Assembly: GCA_051313645.2 (NCBI GenBank)
Contig: JBNRSN020000010.1
Location: forward strand, 5,580,001-5,644,000
DNA from: Centroscyllium fabricii
Taxonomy: Eukaryota
Reading direction: 5' to 3'
Length of the DNA: 64,000 nt
Position numbers and translations under genes: made by a program. The stretch's first letter is position 1. Every line of letters begins with the position of its first letter. This document shows positions 1-12,025 of this stretch, piece after piece. The notes beneath the pieces were generated by a model. That model did not search any database and was not told where the DNA came from. It saw nothing but the letters and a program-made list of their open reading frames with translations.

Positions 1-522
1 GAGGGGCAGTACTGAGGGAGCGCTGCACTGTCGGAGGGGCAGTACTGAGGGAGTGCCGCACTGTCGGAGGGGCAGTACTGAGGGAGCGCTGCACTGTCGG
101 AGGGGCAGTACTGAGGGAGCGCTGCACTGTCGGAGGGGCAGTACTGAGGGAGCGCTGCACTGTCGGAGGGGCAGTACTGAGGGAGCGCTGCACTGTCGGA
201 GGGGCAGTACTGAGGGAGCGCTGCACTGTCGGAGGGGCAGTACTGAGGGAGCGCTGCACTGTCGGAGGGGCAGTACTGAGGGAGCGCTGCACTGTCGGAG
301 GGGCAGTACTGAGGGAGCGCTGCACTGTCGGAGGGGCAGTACTGAGGGAGCGCTGCACTGTCGGAGGGGCAGTACTGAGGGAGCGCTGCACTGTCGGAGG
401 GGCAGTACTGAGGGAGCGCTGCACTGTCGGAGGGGCAGTACTGAGGGAGCGCTGCACTGTCGGAGGGGCAGTACTGAGGGAGCGCTGCACTGTCGGAGGG
501 GCAGTACTGAGGGAGCACTGCA
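1..522 (+). repeat. 33-bp minisatellite (about 16 near-perfect copies, runs off the window start)
   Basis: Unit GAGGGGCAGTACTGAGGGAGCGCTGCACTGTCG; gives the 11-aa periodic ORF 53-688. It runs directly into a Deu-domain SINE body. Confidence 0.97.
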
Positions 523-795
523 CCTGGAGAGGGCCAGCTTTTGCAGTGAGACATTAAACCTGAGGCACCCGCCTGCTCTCTTAGGTGGACAGAAAAGATC
601 CATGGCCACTATTTCAAAGGAGAGCCGGGCGAGTTCTCCTTGGTCTCCTGCAGCCAGAATTGATCCCACGAGCAAATTCACTTCATAAAAAAAAGATTAT
701 CGGGTCATTATCATGTTGCTGCTTCTGTGACGATGCTGTGCGCAGATTGGTTGTGATTCGCTTTGGGACGCCCTGAGGTGGTGAAAGGTGCCCTA
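523..795 (+). mobile_element. Deu-domain SINE (SacSINE1/AmnSINE-like) body and L2-type tail
   Basis: GAGACATTAAACCTGAGG...AGGTGGACAGAAAAGATCCATGGCCACTATTT resembles the Deu core; tail CTTTGGGACGCCCTGAGGTGGTGAAAGGTGC. Related copies at 5372-5660 and 7704-8035. Confidence 0.7.
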
Positions 796-1412
796 TTGGC
801 GTTCTTTCGATGGGGCATCACGGTTAAGCCTGATGCGTGCATAGTTCCACTGGGCAACTGGAATGTGGAACCATGGCTGATTATCCCCGGGCCATTTCCC
901 TACCCTGGGCTGAGGTCTCGAAATGCACCATCCTACAACAGCCTGGCTGGGGCCAGGAAACTCGACGCTGACCGTGGAAGGACCCTGTGTCTTTCCGCTG
1001 TGTCTGTCTCTGAGTCTGCCTGCGCGTGAGAATCTGTCTGTCTGCCCTCTATGCCCCCTTTGCCCTCTGTGCTCCCCCTCTGCCATTAATAGACAGTCAT
1101 CATGGGGTATGGGAGGAGCCGAGCGAGACAGATGTTTCTCCACTCCTCTCCTCAGCCTTCCCCCTGCACTGAGCCTCGGGGAGGGTGACCGAGGGCTACA
1201 GTTGTATCTGGAGGGCCCCCCCCCCCCCCCCCCCCCCGCATTGACACCCATGTGTTTTTGTTGCCTTTAAGTCGCGCGTGAGCGTGGGACTTCCGCAGGG
1301 TAGTGGGGGCTTGTCCTCTCAGAGAGGGGCATAGAAACAGAAGAGAAATGTTTGAGAATCCCTGTTGAGTTTTATTCCAAGCTCTGAATCTCTGCCCTTT
1401 CCCCTGCTGTAG

Positions 1413-1472
1413 GAGACTAAAGAGAAGCAAGTGCGGGACAAGAGGCGACAGATACTCTACACCATTGAGCGG
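1413..1472 (+). CDS. PATL1: PAT1 homolog, internal coding exon (ETKEKQVRDKRRQILYTIER)
   Basis: Polypyrimidine tract with AG at 1411-1412, donor GTGAGT at 1473; 60 nt, phase 0/0; the peptide resembles the PATL1 segment preceding TYSLLL. Confidence 0.85.
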
Positions 1473-1529
1473 GTGAGTGCTCCTCATCCCAGCTTCCTGG
1501 AGGGTGGGAGGCACGCAGGCTTTGGGAAT

Positions 1530-2068
1530 AGGAGTGTGATGGAATACTCTCCACTTGCCTGGATGAGTGCAGCTCCAACAACACTCAAGAAGCTCGACAC
1601 CATTCAGGATAAATCAGGCCGCTTGATTGGCACCCCATCCACCACCTTCAACATTCACTCCCTCCACCACCGGAACACTGTGGCTGCAGTGTGTACCATC
1701 TACAAGATGCACTGCAGCAACTCGCCAAAGCTCCTTCAACAGCACCTTCCAAACCCGCGACCTCTACCACTTAGAAGGACAAGGGCAGCAGACGCATGGG
1801 AACAGCACCACCTACAAGTTCCCCTCCAAGCCACACACCACCCTGACTTGGACCTCTATCGCCGCTCCTTCACTGTCGCGGGGCCAGAATCCTGGAACTC
1901 CCTTCCTAACAACATTGTGGGTGTACCTACACCATATGGACTGCAGCGGTTCAAGAAGGCGGCTCACCACCATCTTCTCGAGGGCAATTAGGGATGGGCA
2001 CTAAATGCAGGCCTAGCCAGCCAGCGACGCCCACATCCCATCAATGAATAATAATTTTTAAAAAAAAT
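1530..2068 (+). mobile_element. 3' fragment of a CR1/Jockey-superfamily LINE
   Basis: Post-RT peptide MEYSPLAWMSAAPTTLKKLDTIQDK...HHHLLEGN* followed by an A-rich tail; same family at 3574-4070 (-), 12615-18460 (-) and 40995-41115 (-). Confidence 0.8.
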
Positions 2069-2126
2069 AACCTCAGGATTTGGATCAGGCGGTACAAGTG
2101 CTTAAATCAATAATGGAGCAAGTTAC

Positions 2127-2900
2127 CCCCTCACACCTGCCTCCCCTCACCCTGTGTTACTGACTGTATCTCTACTGATGTTAATCGAGCTCCCTCACAG
2201 TAACTTAGTAACCCCTCCCCTGAGCACCCTGTGTTTCTCACTGTATATATCTACTGATGTTAATCCAGCTCCCTCACACTGTCACTCAGTAACCCCTCCC
2301 CCAGCGCCCTGTGTTACTGACTGTATCTCTACTGATGTTAATCCAGCTCCCTCACACTGTCACTCAGTAACCTCTCCCCCAGCGCCCTGTGTCACTGACT
2401 GTACCTCTACAGATATTAAACCAGCTCCCTCACACTGTCACTCAGTAATCCCTCCACCAGCGCCCTGTGTCACTGACTGTATCTCTACTGATGTTAATCC
2501 AGCTCCCTCACACTGTCACTCAGCAGCCCCTCTCCCCCAGCGCCCTGTGTCACTGACTGTACCTCTACTGATGTTAATCCAGCTCCCTCACACTGTCCCT
2601 CAGTAACCTCTCCCCCAGCGCCCTGTGTCACTGACTGTACCTCTACAGATATTAAACCAGCTCCCTCACACTGTCACTCAGTAATCCCTCCACCAGCGCC
2701 CTGTGTCACTGACTGTATCTCTACTGATGTTAATCCAGCTCCCTCACACTGTCACTCAGCAACCCCTCTCCCCCAGCGCCCTGTGTCACTGACTGTACCT
2801 CTACTGATGTTAATCCAGCTCCCTCACACTGTCACTCAGTAACCCCTCCACCCAGCACCCTGTGTCACTGACTGTCTCTACGGATGTTAAACCAGCTGCT
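2127..2900 (+). repeat. about 78-bp minisatellite (about 9-10 copies)
   Basis: Unit CCTCACACTGTCACTCAGTAACCCCTCCCCCAGCGCCCTGTGTCACTGACTGTATCTCTACTGATGTTAATCCAGCTC; 26-aa periodic ORF. The same unit occurs inverted at 31995-32300. Confidence 0.92.
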
Positions 2901-3573
2901 AATCACTGTCCCATCACCCTGTCTGAGGTGAGGGGAGTCTCGGGTTAGATGCAACCTGTCTCTCCCCTGCATGTTGCGCAGTTACGTAAGTACAACGTTA
3001 AAATCGATTATGCATTTAAGGGGAAGCTCGATGAGCACGCGAGGGAGAAAGGAATAGAAGGATATGCATATAGGGTAAGATGAAGCGAGGGAGGGCGGAG
3101 GCTCATGTTGAGTTTCAGCACCGACCAGTTGGGCCGAATGGCCATGTTTCTGCGCTGTAACGTTCTGTGTGAATGCCAATTAAAATTCTCTCTACTCGGC
3201 CACAGTGTGACATGTTTTCCTTGTGTCACAGCTGCCTTCGGGAGAGGGGGTGGAGAGAGGGAGGGAGAAGGAGGGTGGAGAGAGGGAGGGAGCAAGAGGG
3301 TGGGAGCAAGAGTGTGGAGAGAGGGAAGGAGAAAGTGGAGAGAGGGAGGGTGGAGAGAGGGGTGGAGGGTGAGGGGCGGGTTGGCCAAAAGAGAGTGGCA
3401 GTGAAATTCAATCCGCATCTATCTGGGGCTTCATTTGAGCCTGTCCCAGGGGTTGAAAGGTCATCTCTGGCCCCCAACCCGCACACCCAGTGCCCCACCC
3501 AAGAGAGGAGCCCGCCATCCCTCTGTGTGGGACTGGATTTGACCTCCAGTTGTCAGGGTGTGAAAGATCAATG

Positions 3574-4070
3574 TTTTTTTTTAATTCATTCGCCGGATGT
3601 AGGTGTCATATTTATTTCCCATCCCTAATTGCTCTTGAGAAGGTGGTGGTGAGCCGCCTCGTTGAACCGCTGCAGTCCGTGTGGTGAAGGTTCTCCCACA
3701 GTGCTGTTAGGGAGGGAGTTCCAGGATTTTGACCCAGCGACAATGAAGGAACGTCCGATATATTTCATGCTGGTGTGTGACTTGGAGGTGGTGGTGTTCC
3801 CATGCGCCTGTTGCCCTTGTCCTTCTAGGTGGGAGAGGTCGCGGGTTTGGCAGGTGTTGCCGAAGAAGCCTCGGCGAGTTGCTGCAGTGCATCTTGTAGA
3901 TGGTACACACTGCAGTCACGGTACGCCGGTGGTGGAGATCACTGGTTTGGGAGGTGTTGCCGAAGAAGCCTTGGCGAGTTGCTGCAGTGCATCTTGTAGA
4001 TAGTACAATCTGCAGCCATGGTACGCCGGTGGTGGAGATCACTGGTTTGGGAGGTGCTGACGAAGAAGCC
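3574..4070 (-). mobile_element. LINE 3' fragment (same family as 1530-2068) with an internal duplication
   Basis: ORF 3707-4078 contains AVCTIYKMHCSNSPRLLRQHLPNPRPLPPRRTRA; the T-rich tail lies at 3574-3585. Confidence 0.8.
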
Positions 4071-4247
4071 TGACCCACTACACTAGTTTTTTTTATTTGT
4101 AAGCCTCCCTACGCTGGCGCGACCCTGAGCCAGACTGCGATTGGGCGCTGTGCAGCACTGTTACTGCTTCTTGCCGTGTGTGGCTCTTGTAACCTGTGCC
4201 CTGACGGCTCTCTCCCTGCTTTCCCCCCCCCCGCCCCATCTCTTCAG

Positions 4248-4399
4248 ACATACAGTTTGGTGCTGGAAGTGCAGGATTTGGAGAAGAAGTTTCTGCAGGT
4301 GAGTGAGGAGGAGCGGCCGGCCGTGCTGGAGCACAGAAAGACCAAGATCATGCTGATGTACGAGAACCTGCGAGGGAAGCAGGCTCACAGCACCGAGAG
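4248..4399 (+). CDS. PATL1: PAT1 homolog coding exon (TYSLVLEVQDLEKKFLQ...MYENLRGKQAHSTE)
   Basis: AG at 4246-4247, GT at 4400; 152 nt, phase 0/2; resembles PATL1 TYSLLLDVEDYERRYL...MYDNLRGK. Confidence 0.9.
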
Positions 4400-4813
4400 G
4401 TGTGTGCACGTGGGCGAGAACGGGAGGGGGGGAGGTCAAGGCAGGGAGAGGGGCTGGGGAGGGTGAGGGAGGTCCCGGCGGGCGGGGCGGGGGGGGGGTG
4501 GTTGGGGAGAGGTCAGGGAGGGGGTGTCGGGTGTGGTCAGGGCTGGGGAAGGGGGGGGCAGTCGAGGCTGCGGAGAGGAGGGCGGTCAGGGCTGGGAAGA
4601 GGAGGGGGCGGTCGGGGCTGGAGAGAGGGCAGCATAGGGAGGGTCGTGGTGATGGGGTTCAAGGGAACGGGACTCAGTGTATAGTCAGGGAGCCAGGACT
4701 GGGGGAGGGGGGTGTGGAGGGGGGAGGCGATGGGCCGAGCAGCCTCCTCCTGCGATTCCCAGAGTCCTCTGCAGCGCTGTAACTGCCTCCCGCTCTAATC
4801 CTGCCATTCACAG

Positions 4814-4973
4814 AGTCAGCGATGAGCACTTTGTGCAGATCATGTGTATACGCAAGGGCAAGCGACTCGTTGCCAAGGTCCTGCTCCTCCTCAGCACTGA
4901 GCAGGCCGCCAACGTGGTGCTCGCGACCGCCCGCAATCTCCCCTTCCTGGTCAAGAAGGACATGCAGGACGAG
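4814..4973 (+). CDS. PATL1: PAT1 homolog coding exon (VSDEHFVQIMCIRKGKRLVAK...ARNLPFLVKKDMQDE)
   Basis: CAG acceptor at 4811-4813, GTGAGT donor at 4974; phase 2/0; highly conserved PAT1 C-terminal-domain motif HFVQIMCIRKGKR. Confidence 0.95.
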
Positions 4974-6532
4974 GTGAGTGACTGACGGCGGGGGGGGCGG
5001 GTGGCCAACAGCACGGCATGCTTGGCTCAGTCACCAGCAAACCAGCGTTTCCGGGTCAGGCGGTCCAGGGGGTGCCCTGAGGCCTGTGCTCGCGAACCAG
5101 CGGCGTTCCCCTGGAAGGGACATTAAATCCCAGGCCCTGTCTGTCCTGGCGGGCTTAAATTTCACAACGTCTCACAGCGCAGAAGGAGGCCATTCGGCCC
5201 ATCGTGACTGTGCCCGGCTCTTAAAGAGCAATCTAATCAGTCCCACTTCTCCCCTTTTTCATAAGAAATAGGAACAGGAGGAGGCCATTCAGCCCCTCGA
5301 GCCTGTTCCGCCATTCAGTTAGATCATGGTTGAGAGGTATCTTAACTCCATCAATCAGCATCACTATAAAGCTGTCGGAGGGGCAGTACTGAGGGAGTGC
5401 TGCACCGTCAGAGCTGCCGTCTTTCGGACGAGATGTTAAATCGATGCCCTGGACAGTATTTATGCCTCAATCAGCATCACTTAAAGCAGCTTATGTGGTC
5501 ATTATCATGTTGCTGTGTGCGGCAGCTTGCTGTGTGCAGATTGGCTGCTGCGTTTCCCACATTACAGCATTGACCACACTGCCAGAGTACTTCATTGGCT
5601 GTGAAGCACTTTGGAATGCTCCGAGGTCACGTGAGGCACTGCATCAATGCAAGTCTTGATTATTTGTTGACCCACTTTAGTTCCCTAACCCTTAATACCG
5701 TTACCCAATAAACATCTGGCAAACTCAGTTTTCAGCCCTTCAATTGACCCCCAGCCTCAACAGCTTCTTGGAGAAGACAGTTCCTGATTTCCACTAGTCT
5801 TCATATGAAGAAATGTGCCCCGAGATCACCCGTGCACGGCCTTGCTCTAATTTTAAGGGTACACTCCTTGTTCTGGAGAAATAGTTTCTCTCTCTTTACC
5901 CTAGCAAATCCTTTAATCAACTTTAAACACCTCAGTTAGGCCACCCCTTAATCTTCCGCACTCAAGCCTAGTCTGTGCAACCTGTGCACGTGATCTAACC
6001 CTACAACGCCTGCTCCCAGAATCCTCCACCACTCCGAGGGGTCATTCTTGATGTCAAGGTTCGTAGGTCATTGAAGCCTGTTGCCCGACATTGACTTCCG
6101 GTGACAAGGTCCACAGATCTCGTTCGCAATTCTCCAGCTGTCGAAGGATCCCTCCCCAGAACCGTAAACTGCCCACACTCTTCAAAGTGGGTTAGCCGCA
6201 GATCGAAACGCCGATTACAATTCCCTATTAACCTCATTGTTTAACAGGACAGTGTGGAGGGACCTTTACTCTGTATCTAGCCCGTGCTGTACCTGCCCTG
6301 GGTATGTTTGATGGGAGTGTAGAGGGATACCGGCGACGGGTGAGTGGAGGAGGCGGTTGGATGCTGTTTCGGGTGTCTTCGTACGTAGGCATGTACATTT
6401 ATGCGTCATTACGTTATGTGTGCGCATGAGGTTGACGTGCGTCTCTGTGTCCCGGCCGAAGATTGAGGTTGTGCTTCAGCGTGTTGGGTGAATGAAGTCA
6501 TGCTGTAAACGTGCTGCCCTGTCCTGTTGCAG

Positions 6533-6676
6533 GTGCTGCCCTGCCTGGCTGAACCCTGCTCCCTGCTTGTCGGCCGGCTCCCCTCCAGCGTGCTGACTGA
6601 GCTCCTGCAACAATTGACCGGCTCTCCTCAGTCCAGCGGAGCCGGGAGCCACTTCCCCGCCATCCTGCAGAACAAG
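6533..6676 (+). CDS. PATL1: PAT1 homolog coding exon (VLPCLAEPCSLLV...HFPAILQNK)
   Basis: TTGCAG acceptor, GTATGG donor at 6677; 144 nt, phase 0/0; VLPCL...LQNK as in PATL1. Confidence 0.92.
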
Positions 6677-6754
6677 GTATGGGGAAGGGTGGGTGGGGTT
6701 GGGCAGTGCGGGTGGGACAATTGGAGGAGGGTGGGGTGGGGATTATTAGAGGGT

Positions 6755-8035
6755 CAGTACTGAGGGGGCGCTGCACTATCGGAGGGGCGGTACTGAGGGA
6801 GTGCTGCACTGTCGGAGAGGCAGTACTGAGGGAGCGCTGCACTGTCAGAGAGGCGGTACTGAGGGAGTGCTGCACTGTCGGAGAGGCAGTACTGAGGGAG
6901 CGCTGCACTGTCGGAGAGGCGGTACTGAGGGAGCGCTGCACTGTCGGGGCAGTACTGAGGGAGCGCTGCACTGTCGGAGGGGCGGTACTGAGGGAGTGCT
7001 GCACTGTCGGAGAGGCAGTACTGAGGGAGCGCTGCACTGTCGGAGAGGCGGTACTGAGGGAGCGCTGCACTGTCGGGGCAGTACTGAGGGAGCGCTGCAC
7101 TGTCGGAGAGGCGGTACCGAGGGAGCGCTGCACTGTCAGAGAGGCGGTAATGAGGGACCGCTGCACTGTCGGAGGGGCGGTACAGATAGAGCGCTGAACT
7201 GTCGGAGGGGCAGTACTGAGGGAGTGCTGCACTGTCGGAGGCGCGGTACTGAGGGAGCGCTGCACTGTCGGAGGGGCGGTACAGATGGAGCGCTGCACTG
7301 TCGGAGGGGCGGTACGGATGGAGCGCTGCACTGTTGGAGGGGCGGTAGTAAGGGAGCGCTGCACTGTCGGAGGCTAAGTACTGAAGGGGGCGGCGCACTG
7401 TCGGAGGGGCGGTACAGATGGAGCGCTGCACTGTCGGAGGGGCAGTACGGATGGAGCGCTGCACTGTTGGAGGGGTGGTAGTAAGGGAGCGCTGCACTGT
7501 CGGAGGCTAAGTACTGAAGGGGGCGGCGTACTGTCGGAGGGGCGGTACAGATGGAGCGCTGCACTGTCGGGGGGCGGTACGGATGGAGCGCTGCACTGTT
7601 GGAGGGGTGGTAATAAGGGAGCGCTGCACTGTCGGAGGCTAAGTACTGAAGGGGGCGGCGCACTGTTGGAGGGGCGGTACTGAGGGAGCGCTGCACTGTC
7701 GGAGATGCCGTCTTTAAGATGGAACATTAAACTGAGGGATCCATTTGCCCCCTCACGTGGACGTAAAAGATCCCGTGGCACTAATTGGGAGAAGGGAGTG
7801 TTCTCCCTGGTGTCCTGCGGCCCAACATTTATCGCTCGTCCAACTAAATTAAAGAAAAAAATAGGTGATCTGGTTATTATTACGTTGCTGTTGGAGCAAT
7901 GCTGCAGTGAATAAATTGGCTGCCACGTTTGCTACTTTACAAGTGACAACACTTCAACAGTGCTTCATTGGCTGTAAAGCGCTTTGGGACGTCCTGAGGT
8001 CGTGAAAGATACTATGTATATAAAGTGAAAGCTCT
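6755..8035 (+). repeat. Diverged 33-bp minisatellite (6755-7703) followed by the Deu-domain SINE it derives from
   Basis: Roughly 28 variant units of the array at 1-522, then GATGCCGTCTTTAAGATGGAACATTAAACTGAGG...GTGGACGTAAAAGATCCCGTGGCAC and an L2-type tail. Confidence 0.9.
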
Positions 8036-8073
8036 CTTTTGTTGGAGTGATGTTTTTCGAATTGTTTTGCCAG

Positions 8074-8165
8074 TTCGGACTGACATTGTTCTACCTGATC
8101 CTGAGCCAAGGCGAGAGGTTACAGAGTTCCGAGGCAGCCAGCGAACTCATGCAGGACAACAGGTG
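8074..8165 (+). CDS. PATL1: PAT1 homolog coding exon (FGLTLFYLILSQGERLQSSEAASELMQDNR-W); not in the ORF track
   Basis: CAG acceptor at 8071-8073, GTGAGT donor at 8166; 92 nt, phase 0/2; resembles PATL1 FGLSLLLILLSRGEDLQSSD. Confidence 0.92.
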
Positions 8166-8207
8166 GTGAGTCTCTCCCAGCGTTTTTACCGTCTGCGTTG
8201 GCCAGTC

Positions 8208-8600
8208 ATAGGAGCAGGAGAAGGCCCGCGAGCCTGCGCTGCCATTCAATGTGATCATGGCTGATCCTCTATTACAATACCATATTCCCGCTCTCTCCCC
8301 ATTCCCCTTGATGCCTTTTGTGTATAGAAATCTGTCTATCTCCTTCTTAAATATATTCAGTGACTTGGTCTCCACAATCTTCTGTGGTGGAGAGTTCCAC
8401 AGGTTCACTTCCCTCTTGAGTGAAGAAATTTCTCCTCATCTCCGTCCTAAATGTCCTACCCCGTTTCCTGAGACTGTGACCCCTCGTTCTAGACACCCCC
8501 CCCCCCAAGCCAGGGGAAACATCCTCCCTGCATCCAGTCTGTCTAGCCCAGTCAGAATTTTATACGTTTCAATGAGATACAATTTTATACGTTTCAATCC
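8208..8600 (-). mobile_element. CR1 (HER1-like) LINE 3' fragment
   Basis: IETYKILTGLDRLDAGRMFP and NLWNSPPQKIVETKSLNIFKKEID, plus the CR1 3' UTR. Confidence 0.85.
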
Positions 8601-8639
8601 GTTCCCAAGCCACCAAAGTCCATCCCTCTTCCTGGCAGC

Positions 8640-10300
8640 TGTCTGAGGTTCAACCAGATTGTTCGCAACCTTAGTGTCGTATGTGACCCCGAGATGAGCT
8701 TCCGACCGCATACCCCTGCACCATCACAAAGACTGCCTACTCCCACCTCAATAACACGGCCCGACTCCGCCCTTGCCTCAGCCCATCTGCTGTTGAAACC
8801 CTCAACTGTGCCTTTGTTACCTCTAGACTCAACTATTGCAATCCTTTCTTGGTTGGCCTCCCATCTTCCGCCGTCCATAAACCTGAGATCATCCAAAACT
8901 CGGCTGCCCGTGTCCTAGCTCGCACCAAGTCCCATTCACTCATCAGCCCCCTTTGCTCACTGCCCGTGTCCTAGCTCGCACCCAGTCCCATTCACTCATC
9001 AGCCCCCTTTGCTCACTGCCCGTGTCCTAGCTTGCACTGAGTCCCGTTCACCCATCACCCCCCCTGTGCGCACTGCCCCGTGTCCTAACTCGCACCCAGT
9101 CCCATTCACTCATCAGCCCCCTTTGCTCACTGCCCGTGTCCTAGCTCGCACCCAGTCCCATTCACTCATCAGCCCCCTTTGCTCACTGCCTGTGTCTTAG
9201 CTCGCACCCAGTCCCATTCACTCATCAGCCCCCTTTGCTCACTGCCCGTGTCCTAGCTTGCACTGAGTCCCGTTCACCCATCACCCCCCCTGTGCGCACT
9301 GCCCCGTGTCCTAACTCGCACCCACCCCTTTCACCTATCACCCCCTGTGCTCACTGCCCCGTGTCCGAGCTCGCACCAAGTCCCATTCACCCATCACTCC
9401 CTGTGCTCACTGCCCCGTGTCCGAGCTCGCACCAAGTCCCATTCACCCATCACCCCCTGCGCTCACTACCCCGTGTCCTAGCTCATACCAAGTCCCTTTC
9501 CCCCATCACCCTCTGTGCTCACTGCCCCGTGTCCTAGCACGCACCAAGTCCCATTCACCCATCGCCCCCTGTGCTCACTACCCCGTGTCCCAGCTCATAC
9601 CAAGTCCCTTTCCCCCATCACCCTCTGTGCTCACTGACCCGTGTCGTAGCTCGCACCAAGTCCCGTTCACCCATCGCCCCCTGTGCTTACTGCCTGTGTC
9701 CGAGCTCGCACCCAGTCCCGTTCACCCATCACCCCCTGTGCTCACTACCCCGTGTCCTAGCTCGCACCAAGTCCCGTTCACCCATCACCCCCTGTGCTTA
9801 CTGCCCGTGTCCTAGCTCGCACCAAGTCCCGTTCACCCATCGCCCCCTGTGCTTACTGCCCGTGTCCGAGCTTGCACCCAGTCCAGTTCACCCATCACCC
9901 CCTGTGCTCACTGCCCCGTGTCCGAGCTCGCACCAAGTCCCATTCACCCATCATCCTCCTGTGCTCACTGACCCGTGTTGTAGCTCGCACCAAGTCCCAT
10001 TCACCCATCACCCCCTGTGCTCACTGCCCCGTGTCCGAGCTCGCACCAAGTCCCATTCACCCATCACCCCCTGTGCTCACCGCCCCGTGTCCTAGCTCGC
10101 ACCAAGTCCCATTCACCCATCATCCTCCTGTGCTCCTGATCTTCAGCGGCTCCCAGTTGAGCAACGCCTCGACTTTAAAATTCTCATCCTTGGTTTCAAA
10201 TCCCTCGATGGCCTCGCCCTATCTCTGTACCCTCCGCCAGTGCTGCACCCCTCCAAGATCTTTGAGTGCCTCCAATTCTGCCCTCTTGAGCATCCCTGAT
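8640..10300 (+). mobile_element. L2-like LINE 3' fragment containing a 56-57-bp tandem array (about 8905-10135, roughly 21 copies)
   Basis: The unit encodes ARVLARTKS.SPITP.L, the L2 post-RT motif, and is followed by the RLDFKIL-type sequence GACTTTAAAATTCTCATC. An unamplified relative lies at 25955-26395. Confidence 0.8.
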
Positions 10301-10610
10301 TGTAACCATGGAAGATAGGAGCAGGAGTAGGCCATTCAATGAGATCATGGCTGATCATCCAAACTCAGTACCCTGTCCCTGCCTTCTCTCCATATCCCTT
10401 GATCCCTTTAGCCTTAAGAAATATATCTAACTCCTTCTTTAATATATTTAATGAATTGTCCTCAACTGCCTTCTGTGGTAGAGAATTCCACAGGTTCACC
10501 ACTCAACCTTTGGTGGCCGTGCCTTCTGTTGCCTAGGCCCTAAGTTCTGTAATTCCCTGCCTGATCCTCTCCGCCTCGCGACCGCTTTTCCTCCTTGAAG
10601 AGGCACCTTA

Positions 10611-10981
10611 ACATAGAAACTAGTAGCATGAGTAGGCCATTCGGCCCTTCGAGCCTGCTCCGCCATTCAATGAGATCATGGCTGATCATCCAAACCCAGC
10701 ACCCCACCCCTGCCCTCCCCCCATCGAGCCTACACCGACACATATCCCACCCTATCCCCGTAACCCCACATCTTCAATCCCCCTAACACTAAGGGTCAAT
10801 TTATCCTGGCCAATCAACCTAACCCGCACATCTTTGGACTGTGGGAGGAAACCGGAGCACCCGGAGGAAACCCACGCAGACACGGGGAGAATGTGCAAAC
10901 TCCACACAGATAGTACCCGAGGCTGGATTTGAACCCGGGTCTCCAGTGCTGTGAGACAACAGTGCTAACCACTGTGCCGCC
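10611..10981 (-). mobile_element. HE1-like tRNA-derived V-SINE with a CR1 tail
   Basis: V-domain core GGAAACCGGAGCACCCGGAGGAAACCCACGCAGACACGGGGAGAATGTGCAAACTCCACACA, tRNA-like head with a B box (GGTTCAAATCC on the - strand), and a (CTATGTTT)-type tail. Confidence 0.9.
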
Positions 10982-11022
10982 TCTTTGACCAAGCTTTTGG
11001 TCACCTGTCCAAATATCTCCTT

Positions 11023-12025
11023 ACAAGAAGAAAATACTGCAGATGCTGGAAATCTGAAATAAAAACAGAAAAGGCTGCTGAAACTCAGCAGGCCAGGCAG
11101 GATCTGTGACGAGAGAAACAGTTAACGTTTCAGGTCGATGACCTTTTGTCAGAACTGGAAAAAAGCAGGAAATTGAATTATTTTTTAAGCAAGGGCAGGG
11201 GCTGAAAAAGCGGGGAGGGGATGAAAGAACAAAAGGGAAGGCCTGTGATAGGGTAGAAGGCAGGAGAGGTTAAGAGATATTAAGGGATATTCAAGGAAAG
11301 AGGAGATGGTAATGGGACAGGTTAAGAAACAAAGGATGGCTCTGGACGAAGTGTGAATTGTGCCCATAGAAGGAAAAACAGCTGCCATGTGGGAAGCGAA
11401 GAAAAAAAGACACACACAAAATGTGTGGATGAAAAATATTTGTATGATTGGGGCCGAGGTTATGGTCTGAAATTGTTGAACTGAGTAAGAAGGCTGTAGA
11501 GTGCCGAAGCGAAAGATGAGGTGCTGTTCCTCGAGCTTACGCTGAGCTTCAGTGGAACAATGCAAGAGGCCGAGGACGGTGAGGTCAGAGTGGGAGTGGA
11601 GCGGTGAATTAAAGTGGCAGGCAAGCGGAAGCTTGGGGTCCCCCTTACGGACTGAACAGAGGTGTTCCGCAAAGCGGTCACCCCATCTGCGTTTGGTCTC
11701 CCCGATGTGGAGGAGACCGCACCCTGAGTAGCGAATGCAGTATACTAGATTGCAAGCAGTACATGTAAATCGCTGTTTCACCTGGAAGGGGTGGTTGGGG
11801 CCCTGGACAGTGAGACGCGGGGAGGTATAAGGGCAGGTGTTGCATCTCCTGTGCTTGCACGGGAAGGTGCCGGGCGAAGGGGTATTGGGGGTGATAGAGG
11901 AGCGGACTAAGGTATCTTGGATGGAGCGGTCCTTTCGGATTGCTGAAAGGGGAGGTGAGGGGAAGATGTGTTTGGTGGTGGGATCACGCTGGAGGTGGCG
12001 GAAATGGCGGAGGATGATCCGTTGT
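11023..12025 (-). mobile_element. Penelope-like element 3' part (GIY-YIG endonuclease) with terminal repeat sequence
   Basis: ORF 11185-12123 contains PGTFPCKHRRCNTC...FTC..CNLVYCIRYSGCGLLHIGETKRR.GDRFAEHL and RKLEEQHLIFRFGTLQP. Confidence 0.9.

Noticed and set aside
1-522. CRISPR-like regularly repeated 33-mer
   Set aside because: Units are head-to-tail with no unique spacers, there are no cas genes, and the context is vertebrate; it is a SINE-derived minisatellite.
3240-3400. Purine-rich GGA/GAG tract, and the G-rich intron at 4420-4740, as special elements
   Set aside because: Low-complexity G-quadruplex-prone sequence is common in GC-rich vertebrate introns, and nothing specific supports a function.
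53-10318. Periodic ORFs (53-688, 2154-2606, 6498-7696, 9009-10318) as repeat proteins
   Set aside because: They are translations of intronic tandem repeats, open in several frames and on both strands, with no splice or domain support.
10915-10981. tRNA genes at the heads of the V-SINE copies
   Set aside because: A/B-box-like motifs are fused to the V core and CR1 tail, and no complete cloverleaf is evident.
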